Origin: Candidatus Saccharimonadota bacterium
GTDB lineage: Bacteria; Patescibacteriota; Microgenomatia; UBA1406; GWC2-37-13
NCBI GenBank assembly: GCA_016700135.1
Contig: CP065004.1
Span: 540,001 to 572,000 of the forward strand
Length of the DNA: 32,000 bases
Direction of reading: 5' to 3'
In this document: piece by piece, positions 15,742-22,908 of the stretch
Layout: every line of letters starts with the position of its first letter
Position numbering within the stretch: position 1 is the stretch's first letter
Notes under the pieces: model-generated
What the model was told of the DNA's origin: nothing
Seen by the model: the letters and a program-made list of their open reading frames with translations, nothing else
Databases searched by the model: none
Translations under genes and position numbers: made by a program

Positions 15742-15776
15742 AGCCTTACAAATTGTTAATGTGCTAGTCTAGAGCC
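15715..15776. repeat. 31-bp tandem duplication of the IS right end
   Basis: ttacaaattgttaatgtgctagtctagagcc occurs twice back to back (15715-15745 and 15746-15776). Copy 1 of the IS has it only once. Confidence 0.9.
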
Positions 15777-17010
15777 TAGCTAATTGTTGTTTTATGTCTT
15801 TACGGATAATTTCCAGAGCTGGTTTAGCAGACTTGACATATTCTTCATAGGCCTCTGGCTTGACCTCTAAACCATCGCCAAGCAACTCATAAACAAACTG
15901 ATGCAGGGTTCTACCCTTGATAACTCTGGGGAAGTCGTTTCCTTTGTTTGCAGTGGGACAGTCAACACTGGTACATCGTAGTTCATAGTAGCGATAGCCA
16001 CTCTTTCCACCGCTTTTAGGCTTTCCAGGGGACATAAAGTTGCCACAGTGATAACACTTGACCATTTTACGGAATAAAACAGTTTTGGCTTGTGGGTTTT
16101 TGAATCCCACACCCTTACCAAGTGCCAATTGAATAGTGTTGTATTCAAGAGGTGTTAGCATTGGAGTAAACAAGTGGTCTGTTTCTCCCATTTTTATTAT
16201 CTGTTCACCAAAAACATAGACCCCAGCATAAAAGGTATCATTACAGATACGTGACAGCTTTTGTTTAGTCATTTTGCAAGGTTTTCCTTGATACTGAAAG
16301 CCTTTTTCATTGATATGCTTGCTGGCTTTTATCAGTGAAATGCCATCAGCAACCAGTTGTAACCCTTCCTTGAGAATCGCAAAATTGTTACCATCTGGAC
16401 GGTAGTACCTACCTTCTAATTTGTAGCCATACTTGGCTTTATTGGTTGGCGATTTACCCTCTTTCGCAATCTTGTTTGTGCCTCTAGTTGATGCCTCAGA
16501 TAAGTTATCACTGTACTGCTTTGCCATTATGAAGTGAAAACCTAGCGTCATTTTGCCACTAGAATCTGGAATAAAGCGGTATTCGTGAAACTTGAGTTCA
16601 CGAAGTAAACCTTTATCAATTAGGTCAATAATCATCCCACCCTCAAGCATATTCCTCGCAAGGCGATTTGGATGCCAAGATACAATCGAGTTCCATTTAC
16701 CTTCCTTGATACCTTGAATCATTTCATCAAACTTGGGTCGTTTACCAGATATTTTTGCACTCTCTTTTTCCTTGAAAATCTTGACTGGCTTTGGTCTGCC
16801 CTCTAGGTCTTCCAAAATGGCTTGACAATCCTCGATTTGGTCTGGAATTGAGCGTTCTTGGCGTTCGTTATCCTTAGTGCTTCTTCTGGCGTAAATAACG
16901 TAGACTGCCTCTTTTTCATCCACATACTTACCGTGTGTCTTTAGGTAGCTATTGACCTTATTTTGGGCGTGTTCAAGCACTAGCTTGAGATGTTTATCTT
17001 CTTCTGGCAT
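15769..17010 (-). pseudogene. Large serine recombinase (integrase), N-terminal 411 aa, truncated by IS insertion (last 2 codons and the stop come from the IS)
   Basis: VYVIYARRSTKDNERQERSIPDQ is the resolvase/invertase catalytic Ser region. It is followed by a recombinase domain and a zinc ribbon (CYHCGNFMSPG...YYELRCTSVDCP). The ORF ends ...KQQLA|RL* where RL* is read from the IS terminus. Confidence 0.85.
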
Positions 17011-17054
17011 TGGCTTTATCTCTCGATTTATCTACCAGTATTATAGCTTTAGAT

Positions 17055-17083
17055 ACGAAAAGAGCCGAGGGTGAGTCGGCTCT
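17055..17083 (-). terminator. Hairpin terminator after the Nudix-like gene
   Basis: agagccga gggtgag tcggctct (8-bp stem, 17061-17083). On the minus strand only a short T-run (tttt) follows. Confidence 0.45.
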
Positions 17084-17105
17084 TAGCTCGATACAATAAT
17101 TAGGT

Positions 17106-17675
17106 TTAGATACTTCTCCAAACAAAATATGTTGTTTTATCGGGCTGAACTTCTACATATCCATCTTCACGAAAATCTGCCTCTGAAATCGTTGTTGCCA
17201 TCTCGTGTCGTAGGTATTCTGTACTTAGTCCTGGATAACTTGGAGAAGTCCTTGTTTCTTCTTCTGTTCCAATACTTTGAACATCAGTCATTACAACAAC
17301 TCCAATTTCCTCTGCTAATGCTCGTTTAGCAGATAATGAAGGATTTTCACCTGGCTTCATCTTTTCGCTAATTCCAGTCAATCCTCGTCTGCGTTCACGA
17401 CCATCAGTGAAAACCTGTCTGTCTTCAACTAATTGAAGCTCAACACCATCTTTTGTAAATCTGACATCAATATGAACTAATTCAACTCTACGAACAATTT
17501 TTCCATCTATATCAACTAAAACAGTTTCTCCCTCAAGAATCTCTTGTGCTAAATGTTCAAGTGTTTTAGCTTTTCCAGTTCCAAACTGTTCCACTGGAAC
17601 ACCATAAGCTTGAAGTAATTCTTTTACCTGTAATGTTTTAGCTTGTAAAGTATCTTGTGTGTGTTCTTTTGACAT
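17106..17675 (-). CDS. Nudix-like hydrolase (degenerate Nudix box)
   Basis: 189 aa. GISEKMKPGENPSLSAKRALAEEIGV approximates Gx5Ex7REUxEExGU (RALAEEIGV versus REUxEExGU). The family call is from motif inspection only. Confidence 0.55.
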   Translation of the reverse strand: MSKEHTQDTLQAKTLQVKELLQAYGVPVEQFGTGKAKTLEHLAQEILEGETVLVDIDGKIVRRVELVHIDVRFTKDGVELQLVEDRQVFTDGRERRRGLTGISEKMKPGENPSLSAKRALAEEIGVVVMTDVQSIGTEEETRTSPSYPGLSTEYLRHEMATTISEADFREDGYVEVQPDKTTYFVWRSI

Positions 17676-17725
17676 ATCTCTCCATTTATTTGGTAACTAC
17701 AACACATTATATCATTGCAAATAAC

Positions 17726-17756
17726 CAAAAGAGCCGAGTGGACTAACTCAGCTCTT
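17726..17756 (-). terminator. Rho-independent terminator after the DUF4352-like gene
   Basis: Minus strand reads gagctgagt tagtcc actcggctc (9-bp stem with one G-U pair) followed by ttttggtt. Confidence 0.6.
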
Positions 17757-17777
17757 TGCAGGTTAGGTTAGTAAAAA

Positions 17778-18335
17778 TTACTTGGTAGCCACTTTATATT
17801 CTTTACCATCCGCCTTGATAACAACGTACCAAGTGCCTTGTGCATAACTCTCCTTGCTTACTTCAAACACACTCGCATCTTTGACTGTAATGCCTGGATT
17901 GAGGTCGCTTAGTATCTTGCGGTCAAGTTTTATTTCAGTGGCATAACTAGCCGATTTTCCTGTATCAGAGCTGTACTCAACACCATTGCCATCAACTAAC
18001 TTGATGCTGGGTTGTGAGAACGTCCCGATTGGCTCACTAGATGTATTTTTGTATTGCCAGTTCACAGCGACCAACGTGCCACCCTCTGATGGTTTTTCAT
18101 TTAGATATTGACCACCAACAGATGCTTTTTCTGCTACTGAGGTAACAGTCAATTCCATATTCTTACTGGCTACTGTCTCATTGACTGCATACACCTTAGC
18201 CTGTTCAGCTTGTCTTTGTTCTTGCGTGGTCGAGCTTGAACCTGTTGATGAACTATCACCACCAGAGCCAGCTATAGCTCCGATAATGATAATAACTACA
18301 AGGGCGATACCACCCCATTTGAGAACTTTTTTCAT
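17778..18335 (-). CDS. Membrane-anchored extracytoplasmic protein, DUF4352-like Ig-fold domain
   Basis: 185 aa. N-terminal TM helix (GGIALVVIIIIGAIAG), Ser/Thr linker, then ...MELTVTSVAEK...GTLVAVNWQYKNTSSEPI...ASVFEV, a pattern I associate with DUF4352 proteins common in prophages. Not searched. Confidence 0.7.
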   Translation of the reverse strand: MKKVLKWGGIALVVIIIIGAIAGSGGDSSSTGSSSTTQEQRQAEQAKVYAVNETVASKNMELTVTSVAEKASVGGQYLNEKPSEGGTLVAVNWQYKNTSSEPIGTFSQPSIKLVDGNGVEYSSDTGKSASYATEIKLDRKILSDLNPGITVKDASVFEVSKESYAQGTWYVVIKADGKEYKVATK

Positions 18336-18387
18336 AGACTTGTTCCTTATGTTTTTTACTAACCTAGCAGGGATTATACATAATTTC

Positions 18388-18435
18388 CAATGTTTACAAC
18401 ATATTCAATCCAATGTCTACAACGTGGTGTAAACA
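18388..18435. promoter_or_regulatory. Operator-like repeats in the divergent region between the DUF4352-like gene and the XRE gene
   Basis: CCAATGTTTACAAC (18388-18401) and CCAATGTCTACAAC (18411-18424) are direct repeats 23 bp apart. TGTCTACA-n6-TGTAAACA (18414-18435) is an imperfect inverted repeat, and TGTAAACA is the exact complement of TGTTTACA. Confidence 0.45.
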
Positions 18436-18459
18436 TACGAATGGCACAAGAATAAAAAC

Positions 18460-18750
18460 GTGTCATCACCCAAATATAAGCCATCACTATCTAAGTCAGA
18501 GCAAGATAAACTCAGGAAGCAATTCACTCGAAAACTAGCGTTACACTTGAGGAAAGTTCGAGAGGAAAAAGGATTGACTCAAGAAGATTTAGCTTTCAAA
18601 GCTGGTGTAAATACCGCTTATTACAGCCACCTTGAAAGAGGTGTGTATAGTCCCACAATGTTTGTCATTTGGAGATTAGCTCAAGCATTGGGATTAGACC
18701 TTGAAAATTTTATGACAGGTTTTGAGTCCCGAGATTCTGAGCAAGCCTAA
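18460..18750 (+). CDS. XRE-family helix-turn-helix transcriptional regulator
   Basis: 96 aa with a GTG start in the track; the start is uncertain. LRKVREEKGLTQEDLAFKAGVNTAYYSHLERGVYSPTMFVIWRLAQALG is the canonical HTH_3 pattern. Confidence 0.85.
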   Translation: MSSPKYKPSLSKSEQDKLRKQFTRKLALHLRKVREEKGLTQEDLAFKAGVNTAYYSHLERGVYSPTMFVIWRLAQALGLDLENFMTGFESRDSEQA

Positions 18751-19162
18751 TTTTTCTTTTTCCGTATCTTCCTTGCCCAAGTAAGCCCTGACCAAGTTCA
18801 ATCAATTCTAGAGCATACGCTTGTTTTTCATCCTCATTCATAGTTAGTACAGTATCTGAGCCTGTTTTGACAGGTTTGAAGCGGTCAAGTTCCTCTGAAA
18901 TGAGGCTGTCTAACACGTTGCTTTGAGTAACTTCCACGCTTTTTACATCTGGTAAAGTTTTATTGAGTAATGTTTTACACGCTCCCAGAGCCACATTTTC
19001 GTTCTTACTTTTTGACAGCTCAACTAATCGCTGTATCACTTCATCAGCATAGCTACTAATTGAGCTGTATAGAGCTTGCTTGCTGGTGGGTTTGCGTTTG
19101 GTACTCATAAATTGGGAAGTGGCTTCTCCTTTTGTAAATGGGGACGTGCGTCTTTTATTCAC
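18710..19162 (-). CDS. Hypothetical protein (helical; mobile-element cargo)
   Basis: 150-aa ORF, convergent with the XRE gene and overlapping its 3' end by 41 nt. I recognise no family with confidence. Confidence 0.55.
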   Translation of the reverse strand: MNKRRTSPFTKGEATSQFMSTKRKPTSKQALYSSISSYADEVIQRLVELSKSKNENVALGACKTLLNKTLPDVKSVEVTQSNVLDSLISEELDRFKPVKTGSDTVLTMNEDEKQAYALELIELGQGLLGQGRYGKRKIRLAQNLGTQNLS

Positions 19163-19202
19163 TCCCTATTATTTACTCTGGTAAGTATACTTCTAGTTCA
19201 AA

Positions 19203-19448
19203 TTACTTTGACCGTTGTTCAGCAATGATAACTTTACCTTTTGGCAGAGTGTTGTTTGTCTCGAAAAATACGCCTTTTGAGTCTTTGAATTGTCGCTGTC
19301 CATTTGGTGCTTGGGTTGGTTTGGTGAGTAACTGAAAATCGGGTCGTGTGCCGATTATGTTGGTTATATTCACCATTCCTTGACCAAAAGGTAAGTGGGG
19401 CGGTTGAGTAACTGGTTTTGGTGTGGTTGGTTTGCTGTCTTTTGCCAT
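19203..19448 (-). CDS. Hypothetical small protein (Pro/Thr-rich N-terminus)
   Basis: 81-aa ORF, co-directional and 40 nt upstream of the 150-aa ORF. No recognisable motif. Confidence 0.5.
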   Translation of the reverse strand: MAKDSKPTTPKPVTQPPHLPFGQGMVNITNIIGTRPDFQLLTKPTQAPNGQRQFKDSKGVFFETNNTLPKGKVIIAEQRSK

Positions 19449-19588
19449 AATCAGATAACCAGATTATAGAATAAAATCCATCCGAGCTTCTACTGTATTT
19501 TTAGTCAATGTGTCGTAATCACGAAAGTCTGCTTCTAGTGTCTGTAACTTCCTGTTTTGTTTGATAAAATCTAGCATAGGTGTGATTA

Positions 19589-19616
19589 GTTCAAAAACTG
19601 TCACTCCGTCCCGACA
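19589..19616 (+). repeat. Degenerate copy of the tRNA-Pro 3' end (candidate distal attachment-site scar of the integrated element)
   Basis: gttcaaaaactgtcactccgtcccgaca versus tRNA-Pro 14610-14632 gttcaagtcctgtcaccccgaca. The blocks gttcaa, ctgtcac and cccgaca are shared, with a 5-nt insertion (tccgt). Both are in the same orientation. Confidence 0.35.
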
Positions 19617-19643
19617 TTACAATATGCTTGACGATTATCAACG

Positions 19644-20258
19644 ATGATTGAAGCACTTCATGCAATTATTCCGTTCATCAATTCGAGAGACAATGACGGT
19701 GAAGAAGGGTCAGTATTTAGCAAAGGAAGATGGGGATTTCGGTATGATCCTAAACAGAGGGAAGGATGGAGCCGTGTCGGAGATGACTATCGCCGAATGA
19801 TAGAAGGCAATCAACAGAATTTTTGGAATTATCTGCAATCACAATCACCCGCTGAACAGTATGCGGTACTAGAACTCATCAGTCAGCCTGCATTCGGTAG
19901 CCAGAATAACGGAGATGTAAAACCGCAAGTTGAACCAAAACAGGTAGGATCACTGTACGCAGATTTGATCCGCTCTCATTTCCGTATTCCTTCCGGTTCT
20001 CCGGAGAAGATTCAAGAAGCAGAACAAAGAAAAACTGAATTTTTTGAAAACGCATGGCGGCTGACAATTCCCCAAACTGCATTAATGTTTACGGTGCTGA
20101 AAATTACACCCGATCTATCCGCCTCAGTATTTACTGAAGATGTAATTCCATACGTTCAAGGCATTGTTCATCAGATGGGAGAACAGGCAAAGCGAAATTT
20201 AGGAGATCAAACAATAAATCAGCTTGAACGGTTGGGAATCTTTTGCAAGCTGGAATAA
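19644..20258 (+). CDS. Hypothetical cytoplasmic protein
   Basis: 204-aa ORF. Its CG-containing codon usage looks like the flanking host genes. No recognisable motif. Confidence 0.65.
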   Translation: MIEALHAIIPFINSRDNDGEEGSVFSKGRWGFRYDPKQREGWSRVGDDYRRMIEGNQQNFWNYLQSQSPAEQYAVLELISQPAFGSQNNGDVKPQVEPKQVGSLYADLIRSHFRIPSGSPEKIQEAEQRKTEFFENAWRLTIPQTALMFTVLKITPDLSASVFTEDVIPYVQGIVHQMGEQAKRNLGDQTINQLERLGIFCKLE

Positions 20259-20277
20259 AATCTCAGTACGGATCTGC

Positions 20278-21789
20278 TCAGCGCGGTCTTGCCGGAATAG
20301 GCTGTAATGGCAGCTGCTTCTGAAGTTCTGCCTCTATTTCGTGCGTATTAACATCTTTCACTTTCAGATACTCCTGATACTCCGACAGATTAAAGGATCG
20401 GATATCAACTCCGTTTGCATATTTATCCTGAAGCTGTCGTATCCGGTAGGTGATAAACATCATGTAATTATGTTCCTGTACATTATTTTCTTTGTAGAAA
20501 TTGTCAACGAGCATCTCATATGCCTGAGCATCTGACGATGTATTATATGCGATGTATAAATAATCCGGACCGTCTCCTACATGTGCCGGCCGGACATGAG
20601 CAATAAGATAATCGAAATTAGCGACATTTATCCCGATGAGAAGAGCAGCCGTCCAGAGAATTACTCCCCGGACAAAAAGGGGGGGGTTCAGATTTTTGAG
20701 GTACACATAAGCAAAACTAATATAAACAACTGAGAGCCACAGAACCGCAGAAAAGCCGTACAGCCGTTTCTGAGTAAATCCGAACAAGCTACTGTAGTCA
20801 AATACGCTTTTGAATGCCATACCGGTGAGAAAAAGTCCCTCAGTAAGCAGGATAGAACTGAGCACCCGGTCACGTTTTTTCCCGGCTTTATCATTGTAAA
20901 TCAGGAAAAATATGATGACGGATACGACAGCAAGTTGTCCGAATACCTCACGGGTTTGCTGAGAATTGGTATATCCCATTTCCTGCAGCAATTCCGCACC
21001 GGCCGTATACAGCTGGATTTGAGTTACAAAGAAAACAATAATGACAAATGCAACAGTTACTTTCGGCAAAAACAGACGGAGCTTAGTAAGGGGGAATGAT
21101 AGAGACGGGATAAAGTTGCCTTCTTTTAAAAATGAATAGAGTCGAGGCAAAAGGGCAAAAAGAATGAGAAAGAATATAAATCGGGCGATGTGAAGCGGGA
21201 TATTGTCACCGAACAGATACTCAAGAATATTGCCGATGCGAAGGGAGGAGATCACGTTCTGTACCAATGAGTCGAAGAACGGATTTGCTGATGCAAGAAT
21301 GGGAATAATGATAAGAAGAAGGACGATTGTTATGGCAAGCGAAAGCAGGTACTCAAATGACGAAAAAAGTTTTGTAACCCCTGAACTAATCTTCTTACCT
21401 GAATACTGTTCATAATTCGGTTTTTGTTTTATGGTTTCAAGAAGAAGCCTAAGCGGGAGAAGCATACTGTTCAGGAAAGCAAAGTCTTTTGACCGGGCAG
21501 CAAGGATGCTTCCCAAAAAGAAGGACGCTACGATATTGAGAAATATCAGAAGAGGATTTGTTCTTAATACAATAAAAAGACTGAGGATTAAAAGAGAAAG
21601 GTACAATGCCGTGTCATATTTCGTTTTGTCTTTTCTGACAACATATATCATTGTTGCGAGAGTTGAGAGAGATACGGCAATTCCCAGATATGAAAAGCCG
21701 GATTTCAGAATGACAAAAACGGGAGCGAGAACGCTGATAATAAGCGGGAGAAAATATACGAGCCGTTTAAGCGAGAAACGAGTGTTCAT
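20278..21789 (-). CDS. Polytopic integral membrane protein (about 10+ TM helices; DUF4173/DUF4153-like)
   Basis: 503 aa with many hydrophobic helices and a soluble C-terminal tail. The family name is a recollection, not a search result. Confidence 0.8.
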   Translation of the reverse strand: MNTRFSLKRLVYFLPLIISVLAPVFVILKSGFSYLGIAVSLSTLATMIYVVRKDKTKYDTALYLSLLILSLFIVLRTNPLLIFLNIVASFFLGSILAARSKDFAFLNSMLLPLRLLLETIKQKPNYEQYSGKKISSGVTKLFSSFEYLLSLAITIVLLLIIIPILASANPFFDSLVQNVISSLRIGNILEYLFGDNIPLHIARFIFFLILFALLPRLYSFLKEGNFIPSLSFPLTKLRLFLPKVTVAFVIIVFFVTQIQLYTAGAELLQEMGYTNSQQTREVFGQLAVVSVIIFFLIYNDKAGKKRDRVLSSILLTEGLFLTGMAFKSVFDYSSLFGFTQKRLYGFSAVLWLSVVYISFAYVYLKNLNPPLFVRGVILWTAALLIGINVANFDYLIAHVRPAHVGDGPDYLYIAYNTSSDAQAYEMLVDNFYKENNVQEHNYMMFITYRIRQLQDKYANGVDIRSFNLSEYQEYLKVKDVNTHEIEAELQKQLPLQPIPARPR

Positions 21790-21810
21790 ATGTATAGTAT
21801 ACCATTTTCA

Positions 21811-22902
21811 TTATTCTGACTGGGGCCCGGTCAGTTTTCCGGGAAGCGATATATTCATCACGAGTCCTTGTTGATCGGTTTCGGGATAGGGCTCGTTTTT
21901 AAGTGAAATACTCCCGTGAAAATGGTCTCTCACGATTTCATTTACAATAGCCAGTCCTGCACCAGTTCCGCCTTTTCGACGCGTTTCACCGCGCGCCAAT
22001 GCTTTATGGGTATCTGACCCTTCAGGAAACTCAAGAAGATCATCGGGCATTCCGCCAATATTATCACGGATTTGGATGATGACGTGACCTTTCTTATCCG
22101 GATCAGGGAGAACTCGTATCATTGAACGGATATCTTTAAGTGCTTTTTGTTCTCCAATTTGCTTTGTATTATTGAGAGGATTGGCAAGAACTCCAAGTAA
22201 GTAATCAAAGTCACCTTCTAGCTCGAATGGTGTTTTATAATCAATATCGTAAGTATATTTTTCTCGATCAAGTACTGTCCTTGACTGGAAAACACCGGCT
22301 ATGAACTGAATCGCATTCTGGCCATGTATAGGCTTTACATCAGGTGTTTTCGTAAATTGCTTGTAAATACGGTCCATAATATGAAGCGGCCATTGGACCA
22401 TATAAGGATTGCCGATATATCCCACTTCTTCATACATAATGTCATCATCTGTAATACCTCCGACGAGATTGGTTATAATATCTCCCGCCAAATCATGCCG
22501 TAAGTCTGTTTGAAGTGTTGCTTCATGTTGTTCGTCTTCGGACAGTTTCGTCATATCTGCTGGTTTCTGACAATGAGTTAGAAGTCTTGGAAATGATTTA
22601 GTATTCCAAAAATTTAATCCTTTTGCTGCATTAGTTAGTTTTGAAAAATCATAAGGATAATATTGTTGATCAATGTCTGTTGGATCAAGATCATATAAGC
22701 TGTCAAGAGGGTGTCCGTCAGGATCAAGTGCAGGGGGAAGCTGGTCAATTACCATTCTGTAATAATCCTGTATAGTAGCTTGAAGTGATTCGGGGAACTC
22801 AGCTTTTCGATCCCGTTCACCGCCCGGGAAAAGCGGCTCTTCGGGGATTACCGCAGGTGATGATGATGGATATAATGATTCCTGCTGACCGTTGTCAACC
22901 AT
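21811..22902 (-). CDS. Soluble histidine-kinase-like ATPase (HATPase_c domain) without recognisable sensor or TM region
   Basis: 363 aa. Candidate H-box TDLRHDLAGD, N-box LLGVLANPLNNTKQ, G1 IRDNIGGMPDDL and G2 GGTGAGLAIVNEIV. The N-terminal ~120 aa are Pro/Asp-rich with no known domain. Confidence 0.75.
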   Translation of the reverse strand: MVDNGQQESLYPSSSPAVIPEEPLFPGGERDRKAEFPESLQATIQDYYRMVIDQLPPALDPDGHPLDSLYDLDPTDIDQQYYPYDFSKLTNAAKGLNFWNTKSFPRLLTHCQKPADMTKLSEDEQHEATLQTDLRHDLAGDIITNLVGGITDDDIMYEEVGYIGNPYMVQWPLHIMDRIYKQFTKTPDVKPIHGQNAIQFIAGVFQSRTVLDREKYTYDIDYKTPFELEGDFDYLLGVLANPLNNTKQIGEQKALKDIRSMIRVLPDPDKKGHVIIQIRDNIGGMPDDLLEFPEGSDTHKALARGETRRKGGTGAGLAIVNEIVRDHFHGSISLKNEPYPETDQQGLVMNISLPGKLTGPQSE

Positions 22903-22908
22903 ATATGA

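Larger units (their letters stand above)
15031..15776 (+). mobile_element. IS1595-family insertion sequence, copy 2 (746 bp; identical 715-bp body plus a 31-bp tandem repeat of the right terminus)
   Basis: It has the same left IR at 15031-15045. The right IR is present twice (ending at 15745 and at 15776). A 7-bp target duplication TAGCTAA lies at 15024-15030 and 15777-15783, outside the outer IR. Confidence 0.9.

Noticed and set aside
9385-15776. Composite transposon formed by the two IS copies
   Set aside because: Each IS copy is flanked by its own matching 7-bp duplication (ATATTAA/ATATTAA and TAGCTAA/TAGCTAA). The outer flanks (9378-9384 versus 15777-15783) do not match, so the segment did not transpose as a unit.
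21431-21874. 147-aa plus-strand ORF
   Set aside because: It is antisense to the 5' part of the 503-aa membrane protein gene and the end of the kinase-like gene. Its Arg/Lys-rich composition is typical of a shadow frame.
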